From positions 18,304,567 through 18,368,566 of the forward strand of contig CM120649.1 of NCBI GenBank assembly GCA_051362555.1: a stretch of 64,000 bases of DNA, in the 5' to 3' direction. The position numbers and the translations under genes are program-made. This document shows, piece by piece, positions 1 to 13,525 of the stretch. The DNA comes from Lingula anatina (lineage: Eukaryota > Animalia > Brachiopoda). The first letter of the stretch is position 1; every line of letters starts with the position of its first letter. A model generated the notes under the pieces. It did no database searches and was not told the origin of the DNA. It saw nothing but the letters and a program-made list of their open reading frames with translations.

Positions 1-198
1 TGACTGTCTTCTGACAGAAAAATTAGAAACCCTTCATATATCAATGTAAACTTGAAAATCTGACCGTCTTTTGGAAGACCAAGAAGACAGCTTCAATCCT
101 CCCCTGGACCGACTCACATGAATTTCGTACAATCACATACTGAATACTGAGTTTGTTTGTTTTTTTTTTGTTTTTTTCATAATCTGTTGACATATCAG

Positions 199-3100
199 AT
201 GCAGCGCCGAGCAGAGGAAGGTCAACTGATGTTCGGGACCATAGAAACCTGGTTGTTATGGAAGATGACTGGAGGGGAAGTGTTTGCCACAGACTACTCC
301 AATGCCAGCTCCACTGGCTTGTATGACCCTTTCATAGTAAGTTATTATTATTATTATTATTTTTTTTTTTTTTTCATTTTTCTTTAGCCTGAGTATCAGT
401 GCCTTCCAGCTTCATCATTGTTTTATTTTTTTTTCATATTACTTTAATGCTTTTTGTGGTGTGTACATTTGGCAGCTTTGCTGCCTTGTTTTCAGACTAC
501 TGTACTAGCCTTTCAAATTAGACATTCAACTTGCATTGTTAAGTCTACAGAACAAACTGATTTTAGAAACATAATTATAATAATTATAATTATTATAAAT
601 AATTATAAGGTCATTATTGATTATTAAAATAACATATTTTATTTTAATCCTCTAGTTGGAATGGAGCACAGCTCTTTTCACGTTGCTAGGCATTCCCATG
701 TCCATTGTGCCAGAGGTCAAGGACACAAGGTAAGGTCAAGGTCATGTTCAGGTCAAGTGGGGCACAGTTTTTGGCTTTAGATAAGCAGAATTCAAAGTAG
801 AAAAAAATACTAATTAAGTTAAAATGAATTTTTTTTAGTAATACCTCAGATTACCACAGCTAGTGCATGTTCAGAAATTGTATGAAAAGTTTCAAATTTC
901 AATGTGTTCAGGAATTATTCTAATTGAAACATGTAGATATTATATTAAGACAGATGTACATGTAGCTTTTTTGTTTTTTTTTTTTTTTTAATATTTAATA
1001 TATTTATTTCGCTTTGAAGGTTCTTCATTCTGAGTATAAAAGTGAATGGTGACAGTTGGTCCAGTATGTGATATTTTTTTAAATGCTGTATCAAAAAAAA
1101 TGAAAGCAAAATTCATTCACGGAAAACCAAAAATAATGAGACTAAATATTATTTTTGATTGCAGTTTATCATATTATTTGGTTTTCATTTTAGTTATCAC
1201 TTTGGTGACAGTCTTCCTGAAGTATTTGGGGCCTCCATTCCAATTACAAGTTTGGTAGGTACAGCACGTGGTCGGCTTCACTCAACAGAACATGTAATTG
1301 TCCTATAGAATGCTTTTTGTCACATAGGAAATGTTGTTATAAACAGGCTGTATGTATTTTACATGATCTAGATTTTATGTATTGTACCTAGGCACAGTAA
1401 TTGCTAACCAGCCACAATCTAAATTGACAAATAATGAAAATAAATACACTGGAGAAGAAAGAAAAATAAGATTATTTTAGTATTCAAAAATATCAGAAAA
1501 GTTAGTTGTATTAGAAGATGTTGTTCAGCATATTGTTAAGTTTGTTATCAGTATTAGTGATACTGACATTGATGCGTGAAATAGTGTATAAATTCATTAT
1601 TATTATTATTATTATTATTTTTATAGGATCTGATGAGTTCATTTATAATATAATTATTTTGAAAAACAAGGTAATTTTGCACAATTCTGTTTGGCAGGTA
1701 GCAGATCAGCAGAGCGCCATGTTTGCAGAGTGTTGTTATGACGTTGGAGATGTAAAGGTTACTCTGGGAACCAGTCTTTTCTTTAACCTGAATACGGGGA
1801 ATAAGCCTCACGCTTCAGTAGCAGGTGCTTGTAGTTTATATAATATAATAATTTTAATATCTTGAAATCGGTCAGATAACCTGAACGTGGGGAATAAACC
1901 ACACGCTTCAGTAGCAGGTGCTTGTAGTTTATTTACTAGAGTAATATAAATGTCTTGAAATCAGTCTTTTCTTTAACCTGAATGCAAGAAATATTTAATT
2001 GACAAGCTTCAGATGCAGGTGAAGTAGACAAAATGTATATGTATAATGTATATATGCTTCTGGAACCGGCATTTTTTTTGCCTTTACACATATAAGCCAC
2101 ATATGCTTGAGTTGTAGATATGACAATATTAGAGACTGAGAGAAAAACATTTTTATGTGGCATGAATATGGAGGAAATCACATAATTATCCCAATATACT
2201 TCTGCTAAGAAGATATATGGATGTATATATGACAATAGGGGGTCATTGAGTAATAATGCTCTCAATGGAAAAATCCCATCTTTGGCCGCAATCAAAACAG
2301 TCAACGAACTAATTTTCATTTATGAGCCAACTATCTACCGGAAGTCTGCGAATTAAATATGTTTGACCCACTTAAATACTTGTTGTGTATTCTCCACTGG
2401 GAATCCATTCAGTGTGTGTGAGGGGATCAGATGGCAAGCTTTTAAGTGGGCCGCCTCATTTGATCCGCGGGCTAGCTAGTCCGTTATTGTGAATACAGCC
2501 TGTCTGAGATTGTTAAGCAATCCCCTTTTTTAATACATATAATAATAATTTGTTAGTAATATTGTGTGCGAAACTACAATGCAAGGTAGTCCTTGCAGTG
2601 TTTTTGTTTCTTTTTTCTTTTCATTTATAGTGATTTAGGAGTATGTCTTTTTCCCTGCAGATTATTTTTTAACTGCTGTATTGGCATTATATGTATATGT
2701 GTAAGTAACTAAATTTGTTACCGTACTCATATCAATGGCATAGGAAGAGACTTCGGCACTAAGTTGTGTTGTTGTAGGTCTCTACCCTGTGATTGGCTGG
2801 AAAATCAAGGACGAAGTTGTCTACTTGGCGGAGGGGTGCGCTGGAGACACGGGCACCTGTGTGGAATGGGCGCAGTCAATAGGTACGTGCACATTAAGAT
2901 AAAAACACACAATGAGAGTTGAGTTTATACGCAGACACAAGCTTTTTCCATGGAAAAGTGGAATCAAGCATGTTTTAATTTAATTCTGATGTATCAGTTT
3001 TAATTCAATCACCCAGAGGAAAAACATTGAGAAATGTCTGTCACTAATTAAAATTGTGCAGTTTCCAGGACACTGACTTTTCCTTAATTATTCCTTCCAT

Positions 3101-5585
3101 TTCAGGTCTATTTGAAGATGTCTCCAGCCTTGCCCAAATAGCACAGTCAGTGCAAGGTAGAGATACTGCAGTTGTTCTAAGCACACTAGTCCAGGGTTTT
3201 TTCACCTGGAAAAGAAAAACCTCACAAGAATTTTTATTTCTAAATATTCTTCCTTAAACATAAGCAGATTGATATTATTCTTTCAAGTTTAAACTAAGCA
3301 GGTATCACTTTTGGAAACGACATGATTGAATTACTTTTTCGGAAATAAGGAATTATTTGTGTGTATTTTGTTGATGTTTCTTCCTTTTTGGTGTCTATAT
3401 ATTTTCCCACTTTGCTGTCTAGTTTATATTTCAACCTAAGACTAAGCAGTGTATTACCTGTAGGACATTCTGAGAGACCTTAAGCAGAAGTTTTGTATAT
3501 TCTCTCTGTTGCAGACACAGGAGGAGTGTACTTTGTGCCTGCCTTCAATGGTCTACAGGTGAGGAGTGTGTTTAAAAGGTGTAAACCACATGTTCATTAG
3601 TTATGACTAATCTGATGTGACTTTGCATATAAGGTTGATATGATGATTATGAAATTGTGTCAGAAGTCTCCAGTTAATGAGGACTACACTTAGACTATCC
3701 CTTACTGGCCCCAACCAATGATGACTACAGTTAAAATATCCCTTACAGGCCCCAATCAATGATGAAGACAGTATAAGTATCCCTTACAGGCCCCAGTCCA
3801 TGATGACGACAGTTTTATTATCCCTTACAGGCCCCAATCCATGTTGACTACAGTTTTAATATCCCTTACAGGCCCCAATCAATGATGACTATGCGTGTAC
3901 ATTAATGCTGGGGATGACCAGAAAGACGACCAAGGCCCATATGATACGGGCGATACTGGAGTCTCTGGCCTTCAGGTTCAAACTGCTGTACGAAACTGCT
4001 CTCACAGAAACCAAGTTACCTTTTAATCTTATCAGGTAGGGAGAAATAAGATGCAAATGGGATATTACAATAAAAAAGAAGAAAAAAATTAATGCTGAAT
4101 TTCAGTCTATTACCTGAGAAGATCATAACCATTAACAAAAACAGTGCATGCAATGTTTTATTTTATTTTTAGTTTTAAATTTTATTTTGTGCCTTATTTC
4201 TTTATGTCATTATAAAGACAACAACCATGAGAACAATATGGTAAGCATGTCTAGAAAAATTCATTTCAGACAAAATTAAGCACCTTTTATCTCATAATGT
4301 AAATACCATAATTTAGAGCACAAGAAAGCCTTATATTCCAAAACTATGCGACTATGAATGGTGTTGTGCACATAAGATAACACAGGAGAAAGATGATATA
4401 TCTTTTGGTAGACTGTTCACCAAATAAATTTAGCCATTTTTAAATCAAAATGTATCTGCAGATCATCTTTCCCGTGGTCCAAAATATATATATAATTTGA
4501 ATTGCAGAGCAGACGGAGGGGTCAGTAATAACGACTTTGTTCTCCAAGTAATGGCAGATATCATTAACCAAAAGATAGAGAGGCCAAGTCAGACGGACAT
4601 GACATCCCTTGGGGCGGCGTACCTGGCAGGTTTGTCAGCAGGTGAGTGACTGTGGACCATATTACAGCAAGGCCCCCAGAGGTCAGGGGTGGATCCAGAG
4701 ATTTTTTCTGACTGTCTTCCAAATTATTTTTGTTGATCCATCCTCCATTTTTGACCGTCTTCTAACAGAAAAAAAAACAATTATAAAAACCATCAGTGTA
4801 AATTTGAAAATCTGACCAACTTCCAGAGGACCCAGAAGATAGCCTCAATCTGCCCCGGGAGATAGCTAGGGTGTTTGGGGGGAGGTGGAGTTCAAAAATG
4901 GGCTTTATCAATTGTCCGAAGGTTTACTGGTCCATAGGTTTGATAGTCCGAATTAGTGCGTGAATTAGGTGTATAGTGTACTGGCAATAAAGTGAATTTC
5001 AACAAAGGCACAATGCCGCACATGCATACGATGTATTTGACCAGTAAACCTTCCCACCAATGCTCCTGTGGATTAATGAGATGCCCAGATCAAAAAAATT
5101 GCCCTTTTTGTCAGAAATGGTACAATCAGAAGCAAAAAAAATAAAGAAAAATTAATTTAAGATTCCTGTTGCCTTTTCCTAAGTTGGGTGACATAAATAA
5201 CTGACATTTTTCAGGAATAAGGATCTACTATATTGAAATTTGCTTGCAGGTGACTGATATCTGGACTCTTGATCCTTTTGATGCTGTCTGTTTGTTTTCC
5301 TACAATTTATTGACTTATTAATTTGTTTATTGCTCCAATTGATAGCAGCATTTGTTAATGCTTTAATGTCTCAACTTGGGTTCAGATTAGGTGAATTGGA
5401 AAGAAAAACTCACATTAACTGTCATCGTTCTATTGTTTGCAGGTGTTTGGAAAAATAAGGAAGAATTCAAGAAAGCAAGAAATGTTAACAGAGTTTTCAC
5501 ACCTCAAGGCACTTGGAATGTGTATAAAGATATTGTTTCTGAATGGGAAAGAGCTGTTAGGAGATCAGGACACTGGTACAGGTAG
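199..5585 (+). CDS. GK5: Glycerol kinase 5 (FGGY family), 3' part; 5' exons lie upstream of the window. Exons: 199-336, 656-729, 1194-1254, 1698-1824, 2778-2882, 3106-3156, 3515-3558, 3872-4035, 4508-4641, 5443-5585
   Basis: GT-AG exons join in phase to give [119 protein letters not shown], collinear with vertebrate GK5 as I recall it. Confidence 0.93.
3696..3890 (+). repeat. 41-bp tandem repeat (5 units) made of the GK5 splice acceptor plus exon start
   Basis: Units TATCCCTTACAGGCCCCAATCAATGATGACTACAGTTTTAA start at 3696, 3737, 3778, 3819 and 3860; the last unit is the real acceptor (exon starts 3872). Confidence 0.95.
4684..4858 (+). mobile_element. ~175-bp MITE-like interspersed repeat (related copies at 1-110, ~9485-9640, ~15152-15272)
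   Basis: CAGGGGTGGAT...ATCTGCCCCGG imperfect inverted ends; the core GTCTTCCAAATTAT..TCCATTTTTGACCGTCTTCT recurs at the other loci. Confidence 0.7.
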
Positions 5586-6186
5586 CAGTTCAACCATAGG
5601 TGGCAGCACCATGGATGATCCAGGACAACTATAGGTGGCAGCACCATATGGCTGGGCTCAGGACTATAACCAAATAAATGTTTTCTTGAGAAAAAAGTGA
5701 TTATTTTGAAGGGAAGATTCTGGTTGTGTATTAAACCTATGCAGCAATAGTTGATGGAAAAACAATTCTGATTATCATCCCAAGATGTGTATATCAGAAC
5801 ACTGTTTTGCAGTTTTTATTATTATTATTTTTTTTAATTTTATAAACAGGGTGTAACTGGTCATGCTTGAAAGCATTCAAGTTTCATACAGATTGTTTGT
5901 CTTACAGAATGCAAACACTGATATTTAGTCCCCTTTACCAGGCCCACAGTGAGGATTACCTCCCAGAAAACACTGAACATCATCATAAGGTTACCATAAT
6001 GCTTTTTGGCTATGTTTTGTTATACTCTGTGTTTGCTGGGTTTCCTCTTGATATTGCTCCATCTATTCAATGGTTTAGCGCATTTCTGTTCTGTGAAATT
6101 TGCAAAAAAAAAAAAAATAAAATTACATCATTGCCCAGCTTGTCTCTGGTAGATACAGTAAGTTTGTGCCAGCTTTGTGCTTATTT

Positions 6187-6472
6187 ATTACCTCTGCCTA
6201 GGAGGTTATGTTTTCACCCCTGTTTGTTTGTCTGTCTTTCTGTCTGTCTGTCATCAACATAACTCAAAAAGTTATGGACCAATATTGATGAAATTTTCAG
6301 GAATTGTCAGAAGTGGGCCAAGGAACAGATGATAAGTTTTTGGTGGTGATTCGGATCAATAATCAATCAATAATCAATAATCAAAAATATCGAAAATTTA
6401 GGGGTGAAACCGCATTGGATGCAGACTTTGCTGCCTTGGCGGAGGTCTGCGCTCTCTGAGTGCTTTTCTAGT
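6187..6472 (+). mobile_element. Short non-autonomous Helentron/DINE-1-like element
   Basis: 5' ACCTCTGCCTAGGAGGT hairpin, (TGTC/TGTT)n microsatellite, 3' complementary CCTTGGCGGAGGT, small palindrome and CTAG-TT end in a T-rich site. Confidence 0.7.
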
Positions 6473-7899
6473 TTATTCATTTATTTATTTTAATTTATTT
6501 AAAAATTTAATTTTTTTAGTTTAATTTTAATTATTTAATTATTTGTTTTTTTTTATTTATTTATCTTTTACTATCTAAAATATTGGTGCAAATTAATGAA
6601 CATTGAGTTTAGTGTACGTCATTATCTCAATCAGAATCATATATATTTTTACAAACAAGCAGAAAGTTATTTTCCTTTGGCAATGATATTGCAAAGTTAA
6701 ATCATATCTCTTACCTGAATAAAGAGTGCTCCTGTTTAAAATTGATTGTGAAAGACTTTAATTTACGGGACTAGAAATTCAATTTGTGGCATTCAACTTC
6801 AAAGGGTACGAGTGTTTAAAGATAATATCTCAGATAATTTGTTGAATAAGTTAAATACAATCTAGTTAGAGAGTATTTAGGAGCATTCTAGTACACCAAA
6901 CATATACTGATTGTCAATGAAAACGCATCATTTAATTATCAAATAATATTTGAAGTTCCATTGGCACATTAAGAAAATAACAGTTTTCATGTGAAATATG
7001 AAATAGTGGTCAGCCCACTCTCTTATGACCAAACAAGTGCATTTGTACTCGTTTATATGGTCGGAATCGATTCTCGGTAAAAAAAAGTACAAGAAAGTTT
7101 TCTGATGCATTTTCAATGACTGTCAGTATGTTTTGTGTTCATGTGCCAGTATATTAATCCCGGTTTTGCATCCATCTAGATGAATATTAAAAAAATACCA
7201 CAAACTGGAAATTTATTGCAAAAGAGGAACTGTTCCATCACTTCAACCAAATCGATTCCTATCTTTATGTTTTTTCTTGATCGACCCATTCAGCCATTCG
7301 GCAAACTCAACATACAATGAAGAAGAAGAGCAGTTTCATATTTCTTATTCCCATCCCCCCCCCCCTATTCCCCAAGGGTGGTGGGGGCAAGACTTACCTG
7401 AGCCAATGGCTTACACAAAGCAAATCCGGGTTCCCCAAAAATGTCTTCATAGCAAGTTTTAAGGGAGGTGCAGAATTTGGATAAAAATTCTAAAACGCCT
7501 CTCCCTCCCCGTCTCTTCACAGTCAGTAGTCGTCATATGCCATTGCCCGCATGTGCTTAAAACATAATACTATATGATTTTATCATCATCATCTTCTAGG
7601 CCACCATCAAAGATCTTCCACTGTTCTCTGTCACCAGCTAGGTGTTTATTTATTTTAGGTGTTTGTTATTTATTTTATTTATTTATTTTTTTTTTACTCC
7701 GGTTCATATCATCCAGATCCGTGGTGAAAACTTATCTTAAAGGCCTGCATAATAATTCAAAGATTTATGAAATGTGGTAAACCGAAATTGAATATGCGAC
7801 ATAGTAGCTGTATTGGAAGTCGTGTGCTTGGCACAAAAACTATATAGATCGGTGGTGTTTGAGAAGTTAGGGAAGACGTCGTATGGGGTGCACAGCACT

Positions 7900-9303
7900 A
7901 TGAAGATCTCGTTACAGCGTTTGGGTCGTCGTTTACGATTAAACAATAAACAGATATGGGTTTCAGTTGGAGTTATTTTAATCCTTTTTATTTTGGATAA
8001 AGGAGCACAGAAATATTATATTCCAAGGAAACAAAGAAGACAGTGCAGCGCAGAGAGCTGTGAACAGAAATATGTTTATAATGACGTCCTGGCAGGTATA
8101 ACCAATGAAGGAAATGGAACACGGGTTTTAAGAAACGCCATCAGCACCTCTTACTTGAACAGCTTCCCAAACAGTTTATTAAACGGGAAGTTTGACGATG
8201 AACTCAACGTGAAAGCGTATTTCATGTCGGTGGCGGTAACGGATAACATAAAACGATCGAAAAGCAGTAACGGACAAACGGGATATTTGAATGCCGTTAT
8301 GCGAATCAATCTGAAAAATTACACGTCGACAGGAACGCTCCAAAAAAGTTTCTTACTGAAAGTGGCAGTGAATGGCACCTATGACACCATAGACACCGGA
8401 CATATCCTCGGCATTCCAGCAGTAATGTATGAAAAGTTTGGGGGTCCAGAGGATGTGAGAATGTTTGTAGTTGGTGGCGACAATGTTATAATATATTCAA
8501 GGCATGTTGAAGGAGGCCTCTCCAGATTATATTTATACAATATTGATACCTACGAGGGACCGAAGCGAATACAAGTTAAGAACATGACTCTTCAAAAATG
8601 GGAAAAAAACTGGGTGCCAATTACGTTATCGACTTCTCGAATTCAAAGTGAAAGCACCTACAAAGCCAAAGAGAAGACATTTTATCTCGTTTATTCACTG
8701 TCTCCCGTCGTTTTGCTCAAATGCGACGTACGCACTGCCGAGTGTGTCGAGCATTTGGCTGAAGGCGACCCAGGAATTAATGAAAAGACGGAGGCAATTC
8801 CTGCTTCAGCCGGCGACTCCCATAATCCAGTCAAACCCCTTCATTCAAAGCAAAGACCGCGAACATCCCTTTTGAGGAACAGCACCCCATTTCTGCACTA
8901 TAAGGACGACCTCCATATTGCTCTTGTTCACCGTCTTTTCCAGAGGGTGTACAACGTGTACTTGGCGGTCCTAAGCGCCAAACGCCACGTTCTCGTGTAC
9001 CTCAGTGAACCCGTGCGTTTTCATGCCGACCTCTACTGCCTTGCTCCTGCGCCTAAATATATATTCCCATTTGTTTATCCAACTTCACTGATATTAAAAA
9101 ACTCGGATACGTTACATGTTGGAGCACACGTGAATGACAAAGAAGTCGTTATGTTGAGGATGGAAGGAGTTCAAGCAATTATGGACACTCTCCTGACGAA
9201 ATATCCACATGAGGGACTCTCAGACGATGACGTAGAACTCTACATAAAAACCCACGACTCGGCAAAGAGAAGGAGAAACTGCAACGGTAACTTTACGTGG
9301 TAG
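7900..9303 (+). CDS. Type II membrane protein, beta-1,2-mannosyltransferase (GT91/DUF3589)-like beta-propeller, copy 1 (467 aa, single coding exon)
   Basis: Uninterrupted ORF from ATG 7900; basic N-terminal tail then TM (IWVSVGVILILFIL); motifs GPEDVRMF, WEKNWVP, YLVYSLSPVVLLKC..C, LRNSTPF, FVYPTSL in the order known from fungal Bmt proteins (GPEDPR, EKNWxP, YxxxPLxVLKC, LRGGT, IPNSI). The ORF is secure; the family call is from motif recall. Confidence 0.75.
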   Translation: MKISLQRLGRRLRLNNKQIWVSVGVILILFILDKGAQKYYIPRKQRRQCSAESCEQKYVYNDVLAGITNEGNGTRVLRNAISTSYLNSFPNSLLNGKFDDELNVKAYFMSVAVTDNIKRSKSSNGQTGYLNAVMRINLKNYTSTGTLQKSFLLKVAVNGTYDTIDTGHILGIPAVMYEKFGGPEDVRMFVVGGDNVIIYSRHVEGGLSRLYLYNIDTYEGPKRIQVKNMTLQKWEKNWVPITLSTSRIQSESTYKAKEKTFYLVYSLSPVVLLKCDVRTAECVEHLAEGDPGINEKTEAIPASAGDSHNPVKPLHSKQRPRTSLLRNSTPFLHYKDDLHIALVHRLFQRVYNVYLAVLSAKRHVLVYLSEPVRFHADLYCLAPAPKYIFPFVYPTSLILKNSDTLHVGAHVNDKEVVMLRMEGVQAIMDTLLTKYPHEGLSDDDVELYIKTHDSAKRRRNCNGNFTW

Positions 9304-9863
9304 TTCACAGTAGACCATTGACGCATTCTGGAGGGCGTGGAGAGGTTAGGACAACAAGAGTAAAAAAAGTTTATTTCCACTTTCCGTAACCAAGTGGTTT
9401 AGGTCACAACATTGGTCATTTGTGTCGCTCTTGTGATTCGATTGAAGGAGCAACGATTCGTTTTTTTATTAGCCTTGTACTTCTCGGGCGGTTCCAGTGA
9501 TTTTAAGACAGTCTTCCAAATTATCTCTGTAGTTCCATCGTCCATTTTTAACCATCTTCCGACAGAAAAAAAATTAGATGCCTGTGTATGTATTGTGACC
9601 GTTTTCCGGAAGACCCAGGAGAGGGCTTCTGCCTGCCCCTATAATAACTTTAATCTAAAATAGGCGTTGCAAGAGTTGATAGAGTTTGAATGGGTTTCGT
9701 GACAGAAACTTCAGCAATACCGCGTAGTTGTTTTGTCGTCTAAAAGTGTCTCGTTCTTCATTTTTATTACATACTGCTAGCTGATACCCGTCAATTCAGC
9801 ATGGAACCATGATAAGAGATAGGTATACACGATTTATAGAATCTCTTTATATACTACATTCTC

Positions 9864-9894
<31 letters not shown>

Positions 9895-11272
9895 TAAAAA
9901 AAGGGATTCGTACCTACTACGCAATGTCTCCTTGCCAAAGACATTATCCACCACGCCACCAAGTCTTGCTGTCTGACACGTTGTTGTTGACAGTATATGA
10001 TATCGCACATACCGAAGCTCTAATTTTACAAATTTCAACCTTATATAATGCATATAACATCAACAAAATACACGAGTACAATGTTAAAGATTGCTGGTGA
10101 CTGTAGTGTTAAGCATTATGTAATATTGCATCAAAATTGAAGAAAACCCTATTTTGGGTACTGCTGCCGTAGTGACCATTAAAGGAAAACCATGTTACTT
10201 ATGATCCTCAAATTTACTGAAAATATTCATAGGGCTGAAGTGTCGCTTGTGCCGGAAAATCAGTGTGATTATTTTTTCGTTTTTGAAGCAATGCACTCTT
10301 TATGTAATATTCATTCTCACATAGTTTTGGTGCTATATGGATACAATGGGTGGACAGTTTGAAATTGTCCCTTTGATAATCACTAGCTAAGTTCAGAGCT
10401 ATTTAGTCACACGCCTAATTTAGTTTCAAGTGACCATTAAATGAGATTACACAAAACACACATGTTGAGATTTCCCTGTAAGCTCCCATAGGTTTAGCTC
10501 TCTGCCAGATACAGTTTGTAAAAGTCTAAATTAACACTATCACATAATTAGGAATCAGTGATAATTATGCTGGTAAATGTTGTTTAATATTGCAAAAAAG
10601 TTTACAACAGAAAAATTATTTTGTGTAATGCCAACATTAATGCTATAGATGAATAAAAGTGCCTTATTATCCTCGAACTCAGTGGGGTTATTCACATCTT
10701 GTTAATACAGTTAGATTAAAGGTTTGAATAGCAGCTTTATTGGAATATTTTTTATTTATTATTATTTTTTTTTTTTTAATTTTTCAAACACTGGCATTTT
10801 CAAGATGTGACTTTTAAGTCCCATCCATCTGACACTCTGTACATTTTCTTTATTTATTTAGTATTGGTTTTTATGTATTTAAACATTATGTAATATCATT
10901 GGATGCACTGTCATAATTTTTACATATTGGGATTTTCATTATGTAAATCTGAACTCTCATGGATCTGAAACTGTAATCTTATTCACCATGTTACCTGTTG
11001 TGCTTGATTAAAATTTAGTGTTGAATGACTGTCCTGTTATGAGTATTATTAATTATTGCATCAAAGTTGACAAAATGACCTATTTTCTGCATCTTTATTT
11101 TTTTGCTTTTTGGCTGTACATCTGACAGCTTTGCTGCCTTGTTTTCAATTTTATTAACAGGGGTAATTAGTCATGCTTGAAAGATTTCACGGCCAAGTTC
11201 CATGCAGATAGTTTGTCTTATAATTATAAAAAGCAAACACTGACATTTAGTACCCTTTATCACGCCTACAGA

Positions 11273-11536
11273 CAGGGGCGGTTCCAGGATTATTTGAAGG
11301 GGGGTCCGGAACTATACAAAGCCGACCATCGCCCCCTTGGCGTGGAGTTCGGGGCCCCAAAATATTTTTAGTGTTTTGGAGGGCAAACTTTGCCCTTTGG
11401 AACGGTTAATAACTATGATTCAGCGAGTCAAAATTCAAATTTCAAGAGGGAATATTGCTGTGGTATATTTTTCAGAAAACGAAGAGGGGGGTCAGGACCC
11501 CCCCCCCCCCCCCCCCCCCCCCCAAATCCGCCACTG
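11273..11536 (+). mobile_element. MITE with CAGGGGCGG...CCGCCACTG ends
   Basis: Terminal inverted repeats, flanking TACAGA direct repeat and internal poly-C; absent from the related sequence at ~5940-5950. Similar-ended elements at 15985-16254 and 57063-57307. Confidence 0.75.
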
Positions 11537-13525
11537 TACAGACAGGATTTGTTCCCAGCAAAGAATGCCATTATGACGTAACCATATCGTTTTTTGGTTA
11601 TATAAAAATCATGGTTATGTCATAATACCAGTCTGTGTTTGCTGGGTTTCCACAAGATATGCACTATCAATTTGACAGTAAAAAATAGGGGATCCAGACA
11701 GTGTAATGAATAATGAAGTAATTATCCCTGTGCTTACCTGTCCACTTGCCAATCAAGTACTCTCAGTACTCTTCAGCCGTCAATGTGTATACTGACACTG
11801 ACAGTGATGACGCAATGGTCATACATAATTTTGAAATGGGTGTTAGTTAAGGGCGAATGAAACATGGAAATATAACGGTGTTGATATAGAAAGGGTGAAT
11901 CAGTTCAATCGCGTAATTTGCCTTGGTTTACTTTGTAACTTTAACGGCAAGTTTTGTCAAACTCAAAAACATAGCAGAACAAGGTAAAAGGCATTGTTTG
12001 CTTTTAGTACATGTTTAAAAATAATAACTTTAATGTGTCCACCAAATGTGCAGTGTTTGATAAGTAATTTAGTAGCATTTTAAATTATGCATCAGAAATA
12101 GGGGGTTAACAAGGCAAGGGATATAATAAAGGTACAAACGGTTTTTGAAAAGAATATTAGATGTCAAATGAAGCACTAGTAATAACTTTATAAATTATGA
12201 AACCGTTAAGAGATTCAATCCAACATTTTCTTCAGTATTGTTGCGATTTTTATGTGGTATATAAGTATAACTTTATCAATTAAAATGTCAATCACAAAAA
12301 GCATCAAGTTCGAATCAAGGTGAACAGACACGTATGTAAGTCATCCTTATAATTTATCTCTAAAAGATTGCCAGGCTTGAAACAAAAACAGTACAATTTG
12401 TACTTATAAGGTATGCAATATTATCTAAAGGTACTTACACATTTCTAAATTTCAAATGTGTGAATTTTACCATTGATGCCGCAAGAGAAAGATCATAAGA
12501 TCCACCGATTATATTAATAATATGAAGATATAAAAGTATTATTTACAAATCATTTCCCAATACTGTGATCCATTACATATTCCTCCTTTTTTCACATAAA
12601 ATAATATATTTATGTGAAATTTTCTTATGACAAATAAGTATAGGTCATATAGTTTCAATTAAAGGTACAAAAGTGGTCTCATAAGGAAATTGTCCTGAGT
12701 GTGACGAAATCTGTCGCCGGTGTACCCAAAGGGCAATTGCACATGTGTACCATTTTATACTTTAATGGGACTATTATGCGTAATATATAAAACAGATCGT
12801 GGACTTCTCTTGGTCGACACACTATTCACACAGCATATGCTATAGCCACACAGTGTATCATCATGGTAAGACAAGACACGAAAATATATAAATACTGCAT
12901 CGTGTAGTAGTCATCAGGGGAATTCACTGTAATAGATTCATTCATTCATTATTCATTTATTCAAATATTATGTCAATTCAATCAACTTTATAGCTACATG
13001 ATGGTTGCTTTCATCACTCAATCTTTTTGGGAAAGTTACTTTAAAAATCGTTGTTGGTTAGTTCTTATACTTAAAATTCCCGTATCAGAGTAGAGGGATC
13101 AAAGTCCAGTGAACCCACCGTGTATTGAAGGTCCATTAAAGCTTGGACGATCACTCAATTGCGACCATGCTCAGCTTTGATCTTTATCTCAGCGGGCTAG
13201 GGGTTGGTTCTTTTGTTAGAAGAAAGCAAGACGTAATAATTACCCTACGGGGACTTGGTACTATTGTTAAGAGCAAGAAGTTGTAAAAAGAAAACCAACA
13301 CGAATGGCAATGTTATTTCCATGAACGACACGCAGGGACCCGCAGAGTAAGGAAGGTTATATTCCGACGGCATTGTCAGACTGCATAATAAGTTACAGTT
13401 TTATGAAACGTGGCTAGACGAAATTGAATATTTGACATTGTACATGTAGCTGTATTAGAATTCGTGTGCTTGCCACAAAAACTAGATCGGTGGCGTTTGA
13501 GGGGTTAGGGAAGACGTCGTAAGGG

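Noticed and set aside
3696-3890. Regularly spaced repeats that could suggest a CRISPR array (also 50290-51710, 55030-55840)
   Set aside because: Head-to-tail repeats without unique spacers, no cas genes, eukaryotic context.
7813-7899. Longer N-terminus of mannosyltransferase-like copy 1 in the ORF track
   Set aside because: Begins at TTG and is frameshifted in copy 2; ATG 7900 is the shared start.
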